Assembly: GCA_017630655.1 (NCBI GenBank)
Contig: JAGBUU010000049.1
Location: 1-59,071 of the forward strand
Length of the DNA stretch: 59,071 bases
Origin: Clostridia bacterium
GTDB taxonomy: Bacteria > Bacillota > Clostridia > Oscillospirales > Acutalibacteraceae
Reading direction: 5' to 3'
In this document: piece by piece, positions 8,338-19,044 of the stretch
Layout of the letters: each line of letters starts with the position of its first letter
Numbering within the stretch: the first letter of the stretch is position 1
Made by a program: the position numbers and the translations under genes
The notes under the pieces: generated by a model
Told to the model about the DNA's origin: nothing
Databases searched by the model: none
What the model saw: the letters and a program-made list of their open reading frames with translations, nothing else

Positions 8338-9471
8338 GTGGCATCTATAGATTTTACTCATGCACCTTATGGCGACCTTGCTATTGTAGCAATGAGAGGT
8401 TGCGAAGATATTGCAAAACAGGTAGACTACTATCTTATGCAGTGGAGAGGCACACCTAAGGAACAATCTTTTGTGATTAATGCTAACTGTCCACGTTTTG
8501 GAACAGGCGAGGCAAAGGGCGTTTTCAAGCATTCTGCCCGTGGTCTTGACGCTTATATTATTTGCGACTGTTTCAACTACAGTGTTACCTACAACATGTA
8601 TGGTAAAGAGGTGCCTATGAGTCCCGACGACCACTACCAAGACCTAAAGCGTATTATCGCTGCTATGGGTGGTAAAGCAAGACGTGTAAACGTTATTATG
8701 CCTATGCTTTACGAAGGCAGACAGCACAGACGTACCGCAAGAGAATCTATGGACTGTGCTATGATGCTACAGGAACTAATGTCAATGGGTGTTACAAACT
8801 TTATTACCTTTGATGCTCACGACCCCCGTGTTAACAACGCTATCCCCCTTGGTGGTTTTGACAACGTACAAGCCACCTATCAAATGATTAAGGCTCTGCT
8901 CCGCAGTGTTCCCGACATGAAACTCGACCCCGAGCATACAATGATAGCTTCTCCCGACGAGGGCGGAATGGGACGTTGTATTTACTATTCATCGGTTTTA
9001 GGTCTTGACCTGGGTATGTTCTACAAAAGAAGGGATTATTCAACTATCGTTGATGGAAGAAATCCAATTGTCGCACACGAATGGCTTGGCAAGGATGTTG
9101 CCGGAATGGACCTTATCCTTGTTGACGATATGATTTCTTCGGGCGAATCTATGCTTGATATCGCCGCTAAACTTAAGGAGAAGGGTGCAAATCGTATCTT
9201 TATCTTCTCGACCTTTGGTCTTTTCGTAAACGGACTTGATAAATTCGATGAGTACTACGAAAATGGAATGATTGATAAAATCTTCACCACTAACTTAATT
9301 TACAACACTCCTGAACTGTTAAGCAGAGATTGGTACTGTAACGTTAATATGTGCAAATATATTTCATTGCTTGTTGATACCATAAACTGCGATAATTCTA
9401 TAAGCGGACTTTTAGACCCAGCAGATAAGATTCACGCCATTGTTGCTAAACACGAAGGAAAATCAGAATAA
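8338..9471 (+). CDS. prs: Ribose-phosphate pyrophosphokinase (long Clostridial form)
   Basis: Prs-like motifs (MPMLYEGRQHRR, ITFDAHDPRV, LILVDDMISSGES). Start moved from the ORF-track 8236 to GTG 8338, which has GGAGG 8 nt upstream. Confidence 0.85.
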   Translation: MASIDFTHAPYGDLAIVAMRGCEDIAKQVDYYLMQWRGTPKEQSFVINANCPRFGTGEAKGVFKHSARGLDAYIICDCFNYSVTYNMYGKEVPMSPDDHYQDLKRIIAAMGGKARRVNVIMPMLYEGRQHRRTARESMDCAMMLQELMSMGVTNFITFDAHDPRVNNAIPLGGFDNVQATYQMIKALLRSVPDMKLDPEHTMIASPDEGGMGRCIYYSSVLGLDLGMFYKRRDYSTIVDGRNPIVAHEWLGKDVAGMDLILVDDMISSGESMLDIAAKLKEKGANRIFIFSTFGLFVNGLDKFDEYYENGMIDKIFTTNLIYNTPELLSRDWYCNVNMCKYISLLVDTINCDNSISGLLDPADKIHAIVAKHEGKSE

Positions 9472-9473
9472 AT

Positions 9474-9501
9474 AAAACGCCGTGCAATGCACGGCGTTTT
9501 T
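9474..9501 (+). terminator. Rho-independent terminator of prs
   Basis: Stem acgccgtgc / gcacggcgt followed by TTTTT. Confidence 0.85.
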
Positions 9502-9507
9502 AAACAG

Positions 9508-9540
9508 TAAAAAACTCGGATGCAAAAGCATCCGAGTTTT
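9508..9540 (-). terminator. Rho-independent terminator of pfkA
   Basis: Stem actcggatgc / gcatccgagt, with a T-run on the minus strand. Confidence 0.85.
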
Positions 9541-9543
9541 GTT

Positions 9544-10506
9544 TTAAATAGAAATAGCAGTTGCTATGTTGTATCTGTCTAGGCTGAATTCTTTTTTCAT
9601 GGCAAGGGCTTCATAGATATCCTTATCAGAAACTTCATTTCCAACAAAGGTAACCACACGGTTGCCAATACCCTGATTTAAGAGCTCTACCGCATGATAT
9701 CCGAACTGGCTTGCCATAACCCTGTCGCGAACAGTGGGGATTCCTCCACGCTGAACATGTCCGAGAATGGTAGCACGAGATTCTATGCCCGTCTCCTCTT
9801 CAATTTTAGCGGCAATTTCTTCTACTCCGCCAACTCCTTCGGCAACTACTACAACAAAATGCTTTTTGCCAGTTTTGTGAACCGCCTTGATTTTTTCAAT
9901 TACATCTTTCTCTAAATCAAACTTCACTTCGGGTACGAGAATTGAAATAGCACCGCAAGCAATACCTGTCTGAAGAGCTAAATAACCAGCTTTTCTTCCC
10001 ATAACCTCAACAACCGAGCAGCGCTCGTGAGATTGTGCTGTGTCGCGAAGCTTATCGGCAAGCTCCATAGCAGTGTTCATTGCGGTATCGTATCCTATTG
10101 TATATTCGGTGGAAGAAATATCATTGTCGATTGTTCCGGGAACGCCAACACAAGGTATTCCACCAAGAGACAAGTCCCTGGCTCCTCTGAAAGAGCCGTC
10201 ACCGCCAATTACAACTATTCCCTCTATTCCGTGTTTTTTACAGGTAGCTATTGCTTTATCTATACCTTCCTGTGTTTTAAACTCGGGACAACGCGCTGTA
10301 TAAAGTATTGTACCTCCGCGATGAATTATATCGGATACCGAACGCGCATCCATATCAATTATGTCACCTTCAATAAGGCCTGCATATCCACGGCGGATGC
10401 CTTTTACATTCATTCCCATAGAAATTCCGGCACGAACAACCGCACGAATTGCAGCGTTCATTCCCGGTGCGTCGCCACCGCTTGTTAATACGGCTATAGT
10501 TTTCAT
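9544..10506 (-). CDS. pfkA: ATP-dependent 6-phosphofructokinase
   Basis: 320 aa. N-terminus IAVLTSGGDAPGMNAAIR, GGDGS, and the PGTIDND motif. Confidence 0.97.
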   Translation of the reverse strand: MKTIAVLTSGGDAPGMNAAIRAVVRAGISMGMNVKGIRRGYAGLIEGDIIDMDARSVSDIIHRGGTILYTARCPEFKTQEGIDKAIATCKKHGIEGIVVIGGDGSFRGARDLSLGGIPCVGVPGTIDNDISSTEYTIGYDTAMNTAMELADKLRDTAQSHERCSVVEVMGRKAGYLALQTGIACGAISILVPEVKFDLEKDVIEKIKAVHKTGKKHFVVVVAEGVGGVEEIAAKIEEETGIESRATILGHVQRGGIPTVRDRVMASQFGYHAVELLNQGIGNRVVTFVGNEVSDKDIYEALAMKKEFSLDRYNIATAISI

Positions 10507-10569
10507 ATTTTATCTCTCCAAATTAAGTTTAAACTGATTGTTCAAGGTATTATACAACAAAAAAACAAA

Positions 10570-13500
10570 TTAATCAACAAATTTTACATTTTCTTTGCCT
10601 AAAATTTCCATAAGGCGTAAAACAAGATTTTTGTTGTTATCTACCCAGAGGTTTTCGGGGGCTGCAAACCGCATGCCAGATGCCTCTACAACAAATACGG
10701 GACTATCGCCCTTGTAGTCTGCAAGGATAGATTTTATTTGCTCCATTTGTTCACCCTGGGCAGAGGCCACCCTTAAATAAAGCCCCGATTTCACCGTCTT
10801 TTTAGGCGGATTTTTAAGCAGATGTTTAGGTACTACTTCAAACCGGTCTGCCATTATTTCAAAGGGCCTATCTTCCCTTTCCTGAACCCTGCCGGTGATT
10901 TCTAAAATCTGCCCTTCGGCAAGCAGATGCTTGGCATCTAAAACACTCTTATTAAAAGCGGTAATACCAATGCTGCCTGTTGTATCTTCTGCTATAATGT
11001 TAGCCATTATACCGTCATTTCTTATAGACCTTGTGCGAACAGAGGTTAACATTAAAACAAGTTTAACACGTTTTCCATCTTCTATGCTTCCGTTTAGAAT
11101 GCTGCGTGCCGTAGGCGAATTTATAGCCCTACAGTATGCAGAATATTCCTCCATAGGATGACCGCTGAGATACAGCCCGGTTGCCTCTTTTTCTAAAGCA
11201 AGAAGCATATCATAGGGCATTTCCTCTACAGTTTCTAAAGCAAAGTCCCCTGCTCCGTCTTCTTCACCGAAAAGGTCCATCTGGCCGCCGCTATAGTATT
11301 TTTGGTTATCACTTACAGCGGAAAGCACTGAGTCGGCACCCCTTAGCATAGTTTTGCGGTTAAGCTCCAACCCGTCGAGTGCACCACTCTTAATAAGTCC
11401 CTCTAAAGCACGACGATTGAAATCTCTTCCCGAAACCCTTGTGCAAAAATCGAAAAGGGAGGTAAAGTTTCCGTTTTCACGCTCTCTAATTAAATTTAAA
11501 ACAAAGCCTTCGCCAATATTTTTTATAGCAGAAAGACCAAAACGAATGCCGTTTGCAGTTGGGGTGAAGTTTTCACGGCTTTCATTAATATGGGGCGGTA
11601 AAACCTTTATTCCCATACGTTTGCACTCGCTTGTGTAAAAGGAAATCTTATCGGTGTCATCCTGCATACTTGTCATAAGTGCAGACATATATTCCTTGGG
11701 ATAATGGCACTTTAGGTATGCCGTTTGATAAGAAACAAAGGAATATGCAGCAGCGTGAGATTTATTAAATGCATATGAACTGAAGGCCGACATTTCATCG
11801 AAGATTTTCTGCGCATCCGTCTCACTTACACCATTGTTTACGCATCCCTTTATTATAGTATTACCGTTTGCGTCCTTTTGTCCATAAACAAAGGCTTCAC
11901 GCTCTTTTGCCATTACGTCGTGCTTCTTTTTAGACATTGCACGACGAACGATATCTGCCCTGCCAAGCGAGTAGCCCGCAAGGGTGCGGAAGATTTGCAT
12001 TACCTGTTCCTGATAAACAATACAACCATAGGTAACATCAAGTATATCCTTTAAAAGAGGTGTTGCATAGGATATATCCTGCGGATTATGTCGGTTATGA
12101 ATATATTTAGGAATAGAGTCCATAGGGCCCGGTCTGTAAAGAGATAAAATAGCCGTAAGGTCTTCAATTTTTTCAGGGCAGAACTGACGAAGCACATTCT
12201 TCATTCCGTCCGATTCAAACTGGAAGACACCGTCGGTATAACCCTCTGACATCATTTTATAAGTATCGACATCATCAAGCGAAATATTTTCGATTTTGAA
12301 TGATGGATTCTTTCGCCTTATATAATTCTCAGTGTCTCTAATAATGGTAAGGTTTCGTAGCCCTAAGAAGTCCATTTTAAGCAGTCCCAACTCATCAAGA
12401 GCCGTCATTGTGTACTGGGTAACCGTTGTTTCGTCGTTTACAGCCAAGGGCACATATTCGGCTACTGCGCGGTCGGAAATTACGACACCTGCGGCGTGGG
12501 TGGATGCATTTCTGGGCATTCCCTCTACCCTTTTTGCCATATCAAGCAATTCTTTTATTTCGCTCTCGGTATCGTAAAGGAGTTTGAGTTCGGGTGACTC
12601 CTTAAGTGCCTGTTTAATTGTAACTCCTAAAGTACGGGGAATAAGTTTTGCAACCTTGTCGCAAAGGGCGTAGGGTAAATCCATAACCCTGCCGACATCT
12701 CTTACAGCCGCCCTTGCCTTCATTGTACCAAAGGTTACAATCTGGCTAACCCTATCGGCACCATATTTTGAAATTACGTAATCTATTACCTTTTGTCTGT
12801 TTACATAGCAAAAATCAATGTCAAAATCGGGCATGGAAACTCGCTCAGGGTTTAAGAAACGCTCAAAAAAGAGATTGTACTTAATTGAATCTATACCCGT
12901 TATACCAACACAGTATGCCGCAAGACTTCCTGCACCCGAGCCTCTGCCGGGACCTACCGGTATATCGTGGTCTTTTGCATAATTTACAAAGTCCTGAACT
13001 ATTAGGAAGTAGTCAACATATCCCATTCGGTTTATGGTATTCAGTTCAAATTCAAGTCGCTCAACATATTCTTTGGGTGGGTTTTCGCCAAACTTATTAT
13101 AAAGTCCCTTATAGCATTTTTCCCTAAAAAATTCAAAGTGGTCACGCTCGCCTATATCGAATACGGGGAGCTTGATTTTACCGAATTCAAAGTCGAAATT
13201 GCACCTTTCGGCAATTTTTGCAGTATTCTCAATCGCCTCGGGAATATCGGCAAAAATGGATAGCATTTCCTCTTCGCTTTTAAGGTAAAATTCATCTGTT
13301 GGGAAGGTTAACGGATTTTCCTCATTTAATTTTTTTGCCGTTTGAACGCAGATTAACACCTTCTGCATTTTAGCATCTTCTTTAGTGGTATAGTGAACGT
13401 CGTTTGTCGCAACAAGCCCTATACCTGTTTCCTTTGCTATCTGCTTAATAAATGGGTTAATCTGTTTTTGCTCGGTCATGCCGTGGTCCTGAAGTTCAAG

Positions 13501-14007
13501 ATAGAAGTTATCCTCACCAAAAACATTTTTATACCAGATAGCAGCATTCTTTGCTTCGTTGTAGTCACTTTTTAAGAGTGCAGAGGAAATTTCACCTGCA
13601 AGGCAGGCCGAGGTTGCAATAAGCCCCTCATGATATTCTTTAAGCAGTTGCTTGTCCACACGAGGCTTGGAATAAAAGCCCTCTGTAAAAGAGAGCGACA
13701 CCATTTTTATAAGGTTTTTATAGCCCACCTCATTTTCACAAAGTAGTACTAAATGATGATATTTGCCATTTTTTTCCCTATCAAAACGGCTACCTGGTGC
13801 AACATAGACCTCGCAACCGATTATTGGCTTTATGCCCTCTTTTTTTGCCGCCTTATAAAAATCAACAGCGCCGTACATAACGCCGTGGTCGGTTATTGCA
13901 ACGGCTGTTTGTCCTATCTCCTTTGCGGCACGACAAAGTTCTCCTATTCGGCATGCACCGTCTAAGAGACTGTATTCGGTATGAAGATGGAGGTGGGCAA
14001 AGCTCAT
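10570..14007 (-). CDS. dnaE: DNA polymerase III alpha subunit (DnaE type)
   Basis: 1145 aa. PHP-domain start HLHTEYSLLDG, polymerase core, OB fold. Confidence 0.97.
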   Translation of the reverse strand: MSFAHLHLHTEYSLLDGACRIGELCRAAKEIGQTAVAITDHGVMYGAVDFYKAAKKEGIKPIIGCEVYVAPGSRFDREKNGKYHHLVLLCENEVGYKNLIKMVSLSFTEGFYSKPRVDKQLLKEYHEGLIATSACLAGEISSALLKSDYNEAKNAAIWYKNVFGEDNFYLELQDHGMTEQKQINPFIKQIAKETGIGLVATNDVHYTTKEDAKMQKVLICVQTAKKLNEENPLTFPTDEFYLKSEEEMLSIFADIPEAIENTAKIAERCNFDFEFGKIKLPVFDIGERDHFEFFREKCYKGLYNKFGENPPKEYVERLEFELNTINRMGYVDYFLIVQDFVNYAKDHDIPVGPGRGSGAGSLAAYCVGITGIDSIKYNLFFERFLNPERVSMPDFDIDFCYVNRQKVIDYVISKYGADRVSQIVTFGTMKARAAVRDVGRVMDLPYALCDKVAKLIPRTLGVTIKQALKESPELKLLYDTESEIKELLDMAKRVEGMPRNASTHAAGVVISDRAVAEYVPLAVNDETTVTQYTMTALDELGLLKMDFLGLRNLTIIRDTENYIRRKNPSFKIENISLDDVDTYKMMSEGYTDGVFQFESDGMKNVLRQFCPEKIEDLTAILSLYRPGPMDSIPKYIHNRHNPQDISYATPLLKDILDVTYGCIVYQEQVMQIFRTLAGYSLGRADIVRRAMSKKKHDVMAKEREAFVYGQKDANGNTIIKGCVNNGVSETDAQKIFDEMSAFSSYAFNKSHAAAYSFVSYQTAYLKCHYPKEYMSALMTSMQDDTDKISFYTSECKRMGIKVLPPHINESRENFTPTANGIRFGLSAIKNIGEGFVLNLIRERENGNFTSLFDFCTRVSGRDFNRRALEGLIKSGALDGLELNRKTMLRGADSVLSAVSDNQKYYSGGQMDLFGEEDGAGDFALETVEEMPYDMLLALEKEATGLYLSGHPMEEYSAYCRAINSPTARSILNGSIEDGKRVKLVLMLTSVRTRSIRNDGIMANIIAEDTTGSIGITAFNKSVLDAKHLLAEGQILEITGRVQEREDRPFEIMADRFEVVPKHLLKNPPKKTVKSGLYLRVASAQGEQMEQIKSILADYKGDSPVFVVEASGMRFAAPENLWVDNNKNLVLRLMEILGKENVKFVD

Positions 14008-14894
14008 AACTCTTCCGCCATTTCTATAAGTTTTTGCAAACGATGATTAAGCCCAGAACGGGTAAGTCTTGCTGCCGAGAGCTTGCAAAGAGAAGCTAAC
14101 GACATATCAGGGTTGTGAATTCTAAGTTCTGCCGCTTCAAGCAGCTCTTCGGGCAGTGTTGCAAGTTTTCCTGCTGCTTTAAGTTTTTTTATTGCTTCGG
14201 TTTGAAGGTATGCGGCATTTGCGGTTTTAAGTATATTCGCAGTTTCAAAATTATTTTGTCTGTTACTGCGGTTTCTAATGCTTTTATAAACCTTAACACC
14301 AATGAGGTTTAAGGTTTCATTTCCTGCACCGAGGTATGTAAGTAATTCTTCTATAGTTGTGCTGTTTTTGGTATAAACAAGAAATTTATTTGCACGGTAG
14401 GTCATTGTGAAATCAAAGCCCTTTGAATCTAAGATTCCAAGAAAATCTGCCGCAACATCGTTTTGTTTAAAGGAGAATTCGGCTCTATATTCTTTTTCGG
14501 GGTCACTAACACTGCCGCCCGCCAAAAAGGCACCGCGGATAAATTCCTTTATGTGTCCGCTTGCTCTAATTTTATCAAAATCAACAACAAGTGGATTTGT
14601 GTTTTTATATGACAGTTTATTTAGAATTCTTTTTCTGTCGGCATCTGAATAAACCTCTACGGTATAAACAGGTCTTTTATCTCCGCCTGTTTTCACAAAG
14701 GCTATAATATCGAAGCTTTGCCTAAGCAGGGTGCAAAAACGTTCTGCCACAGCAAAAACACCTGTTTGAAAAAGGATTTTCTCAAAGGAAAAACATCGAC
14801 TAAGCAGTAGCATTCCATGTGCTTCGGCACAATTTGCCGCCGTATCGGTTCTTACCCCACAGAGCTCATTTTTAACATCACTTGAAAAGGACAT
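14004..14894 (-). CDS. whiA: DNA-binding protein WhiA
   Basis: 296 aa. N-terminus SFSSDVKNEL, LAGLIDADG-like domains, C-terminal HTH. Its stop overlaps the dnaE start (ATGA). Confidence 0.93.
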   Translation of the reverse strand: MSFSSDVKNELCGVRTDTAANCAEAHGMLLLSRCFSFEKILFQTGVFAVAERFCTLLRQSFDIIAFVKTGGDKRPVYTVEVYSDADRKRILNKLSYKNTNPLVVDFDKIRASGHIKEFIRGAFLAGGSVSDPEKEYRAEFSFKQNDVAADFLGILDSKGFDFTMTYRANKFLVYTKNSTTIEELLTYLGAGNETLNLIGVKVYKSIRNRSNRQNNFETANILKTANAAYLQTEAIKKLKAAGKLATLPEELLEAAELRIHNPDMSLASLCKLSAARLTRSGLNHRLQKLIEMAEEL

Positions 14895-14897
14895 AAT

Positions 14898-15803
14898 TTA
14901 TCTTCCTATGTGAATTACCTCGGTGTCTAAGTTAACACCGCGTTTTTCCTTTACTGTTTTTTTAATTTTCTCAATAAGCGAAAGCACATCATTGCAGGTT
15001 GCGTTATCTTTATTTATAACAAAACCTGCGTGTTTTGTGCTTACCTCGGCGCCGCCTACTGCTGTACCCTTTAGCTCACACTCATCTATAAGGGCTGCGG
15101 CGTAATAACCCTCAGGGCGTTTAAATGTGCTTCCCGCCGAAGGATACTCCAGCGGCTGAGACTTTTTACGCTTTTGCATAAAGGTTTCCATACCCTCGCT
15201 TATCTGAGACTTTTCTCCCTTTTTAAGCGAAAAAGTAACCGAGGTTATTATTTCACTGTTTTGGTCATAAATGCTTTTTCTGTAGCCAAGCGACATCTCA
15301 TCTATGCTACGGTTAATTATATTTATATCCCTTGTAATGCTTGAGGCACTTTTAACCACCATACTCATATCACCGCCGTATGCACCTGCATTCATAAAAA
15401 GTGCTCCACCCACTGTACCGGGGATTCCATAAGCAAACTCCAACCCTGTTAGAGAATTATCCCTTGCCACTCTGCAAAGATTGGCAAGCGACGCCCCCGC
15501 CTCTGCTTTTATTTCGGTATCGCCAATAAGTGTAATCTTCTGCATAGCAAGAGTCGATATAACTGCACCCTCTATACCCTTGTCTGAAACAAGGAGGTTT
15601 GAGCCCTTGCCAAGAATAAAGGTAGGAATATTCTCATTATTAGAAAGGCTTAATATTTCACATAGCTGTTCTTCGGTTTCCGGGTAAAGCATTAGGTCGG
15701 CTTTACCGCCGATTTTAAAGGAGGTATGAAGAGCCATAGACTCGTTTACGCTATATTTAATATTTAATTTTTCGGCTAAAACTACAAGACAGTCTGTATT
15801 CAT
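14898..15803 (-). CDS. murB: UDP-N-acetylenolpyruvoylglucosamine reductase
   Basis: 301 aa. FAD-binding segment (FKIGGKAD, GKGSNLL) and a MurB C-terminal domain. Confidence 0.95.
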   Translation of the reverse strand: MNTDCLVVLAEKLNIKYSVNESMALHTSFKIGGKADLMLYPETEEQLCEILSLSNNENIPTFILGKGSNLLVSDKGIEGAVISTLAMQKITLIGDTEIKAEAGASLANLCRVARDNSLTGLEFAYGIPGTVGGALFMNAGAYGGDMSMVVKSASSITRDINIINRSIDEMSLGYRKSIYDQNSEIITSVTFSLKKGEKSQISEGMETFMQKRKKSQPLEYPSAGSTFKRPEGYYAAALIDECELKGTAVGGAEVSTKHAGFVINKDNATCNDVLSLIEKIKKTVKEKRGVNLDTEVIHIGR

Positions 15804-15819
15804 ACTGACTCCTTAAAAG

Positions 15820-16779
15820 TTATTTGTAAAGTTTATCGAGGAATGCGGCACCGATTATACCTGCATCGTTTCCAAGTTTAGCAACACAAATGCGGTCCTT
15901 TGTTTCGGTGTTCTTTGTATATATGTTTTCTCTTACAATTTTATTTACCGGCACTATGAGATTATCTTTCTCTGCAGATATACCGCCGCCAATACATAGA
16001 AGGTCTGGCTGGAATATGTTCATAATATTACATACGCCTTCTGCGAGGTAACGGCAATAATTGTCAACAACTTCGGTTGCCGCCTTATCGCCTTTTCTCA
16101 TGCCGTCCCACGCGGTTCTTCCGCTTACCTTGCCGCCCGACTTTTCTACAAGTTTCCACATAATAGAATCTTTATTTTCGGCCATTGCACGCTCTGTTTG
16201 GCGAATAAGTGCCGTAGCCGAAGCATAAGCCTCAAAACAACCACGTCTTCCGCAGGTACAAGGCTCTCCGTCCATGTGTAAAACGATGTGGCCAAGCTCT
16301 CCGCCCGCGAAATTGCAGCCCAGAAGCATTTTGCCATCAACGATTATTCCTCCGCCAACACCTGTGCCGAGGGTTACGGCAATAAAGTCTTTTGTGCCAA
16401 CGCCTGCACCCGCAAGATACTCACCATATGCAGCAGCGTTAGCATCATTGTCAATATAAATATCAATACCCAGTCGCTCCTTTAACATTGCACAAAGGGG
16501 CAAATTGTTAAAGCCTGTAAAATTGTTGGCATAGGTAACTATTCCCTCGCTTGGAATAACCGAGCCGGGAGTGCCGATACCGGCAGAGGCAATATCATCA
16601 ATAGTAAGATTTGCCGCTTTTACCGCTTCTTTTGCAGCAAAAGCTATAGAGTCACAAATTTGTTCGGCAGGACGATGAGCTTCGGTTTTAACCTTTGCTC
16701 TGCCAACGATTTTGTATTCTTCATCAACTACTGCAACTGCAATATTTGTTCCGCCTAAATCAATTCCTAAACGATACAT
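15820..16779 (-). CDS. glk: ROK family glucokinase
   Basis: DLGGTNI ATP motif and ROK zinc motif CTCGRRGCFE. Start set to ATG 16779 (AGGAGA 5 nt upstream) rather than the TTG at 16800. Confidence 0.9.
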   Translation of the reverse strand: MYRLGIDLGGTNIAVAVVDEEYKIVGRAKVKTEAHRPAEQICDSIAFAAKEAVKAANLTIDDIASAGIGTPGSVIPSEGIVTYANNFTGFNNLPLCAMLKERLGIDIYIDNDANAAAYGEYLAGAGVGTKDFIAVTLGTGVGGGIIVDGKMLLGCNFAGGELGHIVLHMDGEPCTCGRRGCFEAYASATALIRQTERAMAENKDSIMWKLVEKSGGKVSGRTAWDGMRKGDKAATEVVDNYCRYLAEGVCNIMNIFQPDLLCIGGGISAEKDNLIVPVNKIVRENIYTKNTETKDRICVAKLGNDAGIIGAAFLDKLYK

Positions 16780-16800
16780 AATTTTCTCCTCTTCTAACAA

Positions 16801-17760
16801 TTAAAATGCTTCTATTTCAGAGTTTTTAATCTCCTCTGCATCCGCTGTCATTCCAAGGCGGGAAAGCAGGTCTGCCGCCGCATTGTAGCCAAGCTTTTTC
16901 TGTCTGGTATTCATTGCGGCAACCTCAATAATAACCGCAAGGTTTCTACCCGGCTTTACCGGTATAGTAATTGAAGGAATTTCCAGCCCTAAAATTTCGG
17001 TGGTTTGTTCTTCGAGACCCATACGGTCGTAAATCTTTTCATTGTCCCACGGCTCGATATTGATAATAAAATCAATCTTTTCGGTAAGCTTAACAGCGCC
17101 CACACCAAAAATTCGGCTAACGTTAATTATTCCTATGCCGCGAAGCTCTATAAAGTGACGGATATTGCTTGGTGATGTGCCCACAAGTGATTTGTTTGAA
17201 ACCTTGCGAATTTCCACCGCATCATCTGCAATAAGACGGTGGCCGCGTTTTACAAGCTCTATAGCCGTTTCACTTTTACCAACACCGCTTTCGCCTAAAA
17301 TAAGTATACCCTCGCCATAAACCTCAACCAAAACACCATGACGGGTAATTCTTGGAGCAAGGCTAAGATTTAAAAAGGCAATAAGTGCTGCCATAAATTC
17401 AGAGGTGCTGTCTGATGTTCTAAGCAGCGGTACGCCATATTTTTCAGCTGCTTCCTTAAAGCCCTCAAGTTCAAGGTTACGTGAAATGATTACAGCTGCA
17501 GGCTTTTTTGAGAAGAAGTCATCTGTAAGCTCATTGTATTTTTCGGTTTGGAAGGTCTTAAGGAAGCTTTCTTCTAACTTGCCTACAATTTGAATACGTG
17601 TATTATCAAAATATTTATAGTAACCGCCAAACTGAAGCCCCGGACGATTAACATCGTTATTTGAAATTAAAATTTCCTCTGCATTACCCGGCATATACAA
17701 AGCTTCGAGCGAAAACTCTTTTATAATACGCGAAAGTTCTAAACTATAATCTGTTACCAT
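16801..17760 (-). CDS. hprK: HPr kinase/phosphorylase
   Basis: 319 aa. P-loop GESGVGKSE and signature LIADD. Confidence 0.96.
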   Translation of the reverse strand: MVTDYSLELSRIIKEFSLEALYMPGNAEEILISNNDVNRPGLQFGGYYKYFDNTRIQIVGKLEESFLKTFQTEKYNELTDDFFSKKPAAVIISRNLELEGFKEAAEKYGVPLLRTSDSTSEFMAALIAFLNLSLAPRITRHGVLVEVYGEGILILGESGVGKSETAIELVKRGHRLIADDAVEIRKVSNKSLVGTSPSNIRHFIELRGIGIINVSRIFGVGAVKLTEKIDFIINIEPWDNEKIYDRMGLEEQTTEILGLEIPSITIPVKPGRNLAVIIEVAAMNTRQKKLGYNAAADLLSRLGMTADAEEIKNSEIEAF

Positions 17761-17837
17761 AAAAATCCCGCCTTTTATCGTATTTTACTATATTATATAT
17801 TATAATTACGTAATTTAAAAGATTTTTTTTATTTTTC

Positions 17838-17866
17838 TTGATTATATAGTGAATTAATTATATAAT
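17838..17866 (+). promoter_or_regulatory. sigma-A consensus promoter for ychF
   Basis: TTGATT (17838-17843), 17 nt, TATAAT (17861-17866). Confidence 0.55.
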
Positions 17867-17904
17867 GTTAGGTGTAATTTTATATTTAAAGGATGTTATT
17901 ACTT

Positions 17905-19002
17905 ATGAAACTTGGTATGGTCGGTCTTCCAAATGTTGGAAAATCAACTTTGTTTAATGCAATTACTAACGCAGGGGCACAGTCGGCAAACTACCCCTTT
18001 TGTACCATTGAGCCCAATGTTGGAATGGTAAGTGTTCCCGATGAGAGACTTGAAAAACTTGCTGAAATTTACAACCCCGACAAGTTTACGCCTGCCGTTA
18101 TTGAATTTGTTGATATTGCAGGTCTTGTTAAGGGTGCCTCTAAGGGTGAGGGCCTTGGAAACAAGTTTCTCTCAAACATTCGTGAGGTTGACGCGATTGT
18201 TCACGTAGTACGTTGTTTTGAAAGTGACGATATTATACATGTTGAAGGCTCGGTTGACCCTGCCCGCGATATTGAAACCATTAATCTTGAGCTAATTTTC
18301 TCGGATATTGAGATTGCCACACGCCGTCTTGATAAGGCAACAAAAGCTCTTAAAGGTGATAAATCCTTTCAACTTGAGGTTGATTTTCTTAAAAGGCTTA
18401 TTGCTCATCTTGAAGAAGGTCTGCCTGCACGCAGTGTAGAAATACTTGACGAGGCAGAGCTTGAGATTTTAAATACTACATCTCTTTTATCGGCCAAACC
18501 TGTAATCTACGCTTGCAACATGAGTGAGGAAGATTTTGCTAACATTGACGGTAACGCCCACTTTGGCACTGTAAGGACTATTGCCGAAAAGGAAAAGGCC
18601 GAAATTCTTCCTATTTGTGCGGCTCTTGAAGCCGAAATTTCGGGTCTTGACGATGACGAAAAGGTGCTTTTCCTTGAAGAACTTGGACTTGAGCGTTCGG
18701 GTCTTGACCGCATGATTCAAAAGTGCTATTCACTTTTAGGTCTTATATCATATCTTACAGCCGGCAAGCCCGAGGTACGTGCTTGGACTATAACAGACGG
18801 AACAAAGGCTCCGCAGGCGGCAGGTAAAATCCACACCGATTTTGAACGTGGATTTATTAGAGCCGAGGTTATTGCTTTTGCAGATTTTATGGACTGCGGC
18901 GGCTCTATGGTAACCGCTAAAGAAAAAGGTCTTGTTCGAAGCGAGGGCAAGGAATATGTTATGAAGGACGGAGATATTGTTCTTTTCCGTTTCAATGTAT
19001 AA
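17905..19002 (+). CDS. ychF: Redox-regulated ATPase YchF
   Basis: [19 protein letters not shown]-terminus and TGS domain. The ORF-track start at 17893 adds 4 residues and is less likely. Confidence 0.95.
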   Translation: MKLGMVGLPNVGKSTLFNAITNAGAQSANYPFCTIEPNVGMVSVPDERLEKLAEIYNPDKFTPAVIEFVDIAGLVKGASKGEGLGNKFLSNIREVDAIVHVVRCFESDDIIHVEGSVDPARDIETINLELIFSDIEIATRRLDKATKALKGDKSFQLEVDFLKRLIAHLEEGLPARSVEILDEAELEILNTTSLLSAKPVIYACNMSEEDFANIDGNAHFGTVRTIAEKEKAEILPICAALEAEISGLDDDEKVLFLEELGLERSGLDRMIQKCYSLLGLISYLTAGKPEVRAWTITDGTKAPQAAGKIHTDFERGFIRAEVIAFADFMDCGGSMVTAKEKGLVRSEGKEYVMKDGDIVLFRFNV

Positions 19003-19044
19003 GACAAGATAATTTTTGAAAAATAATAGTAGAAATACTTTGGG

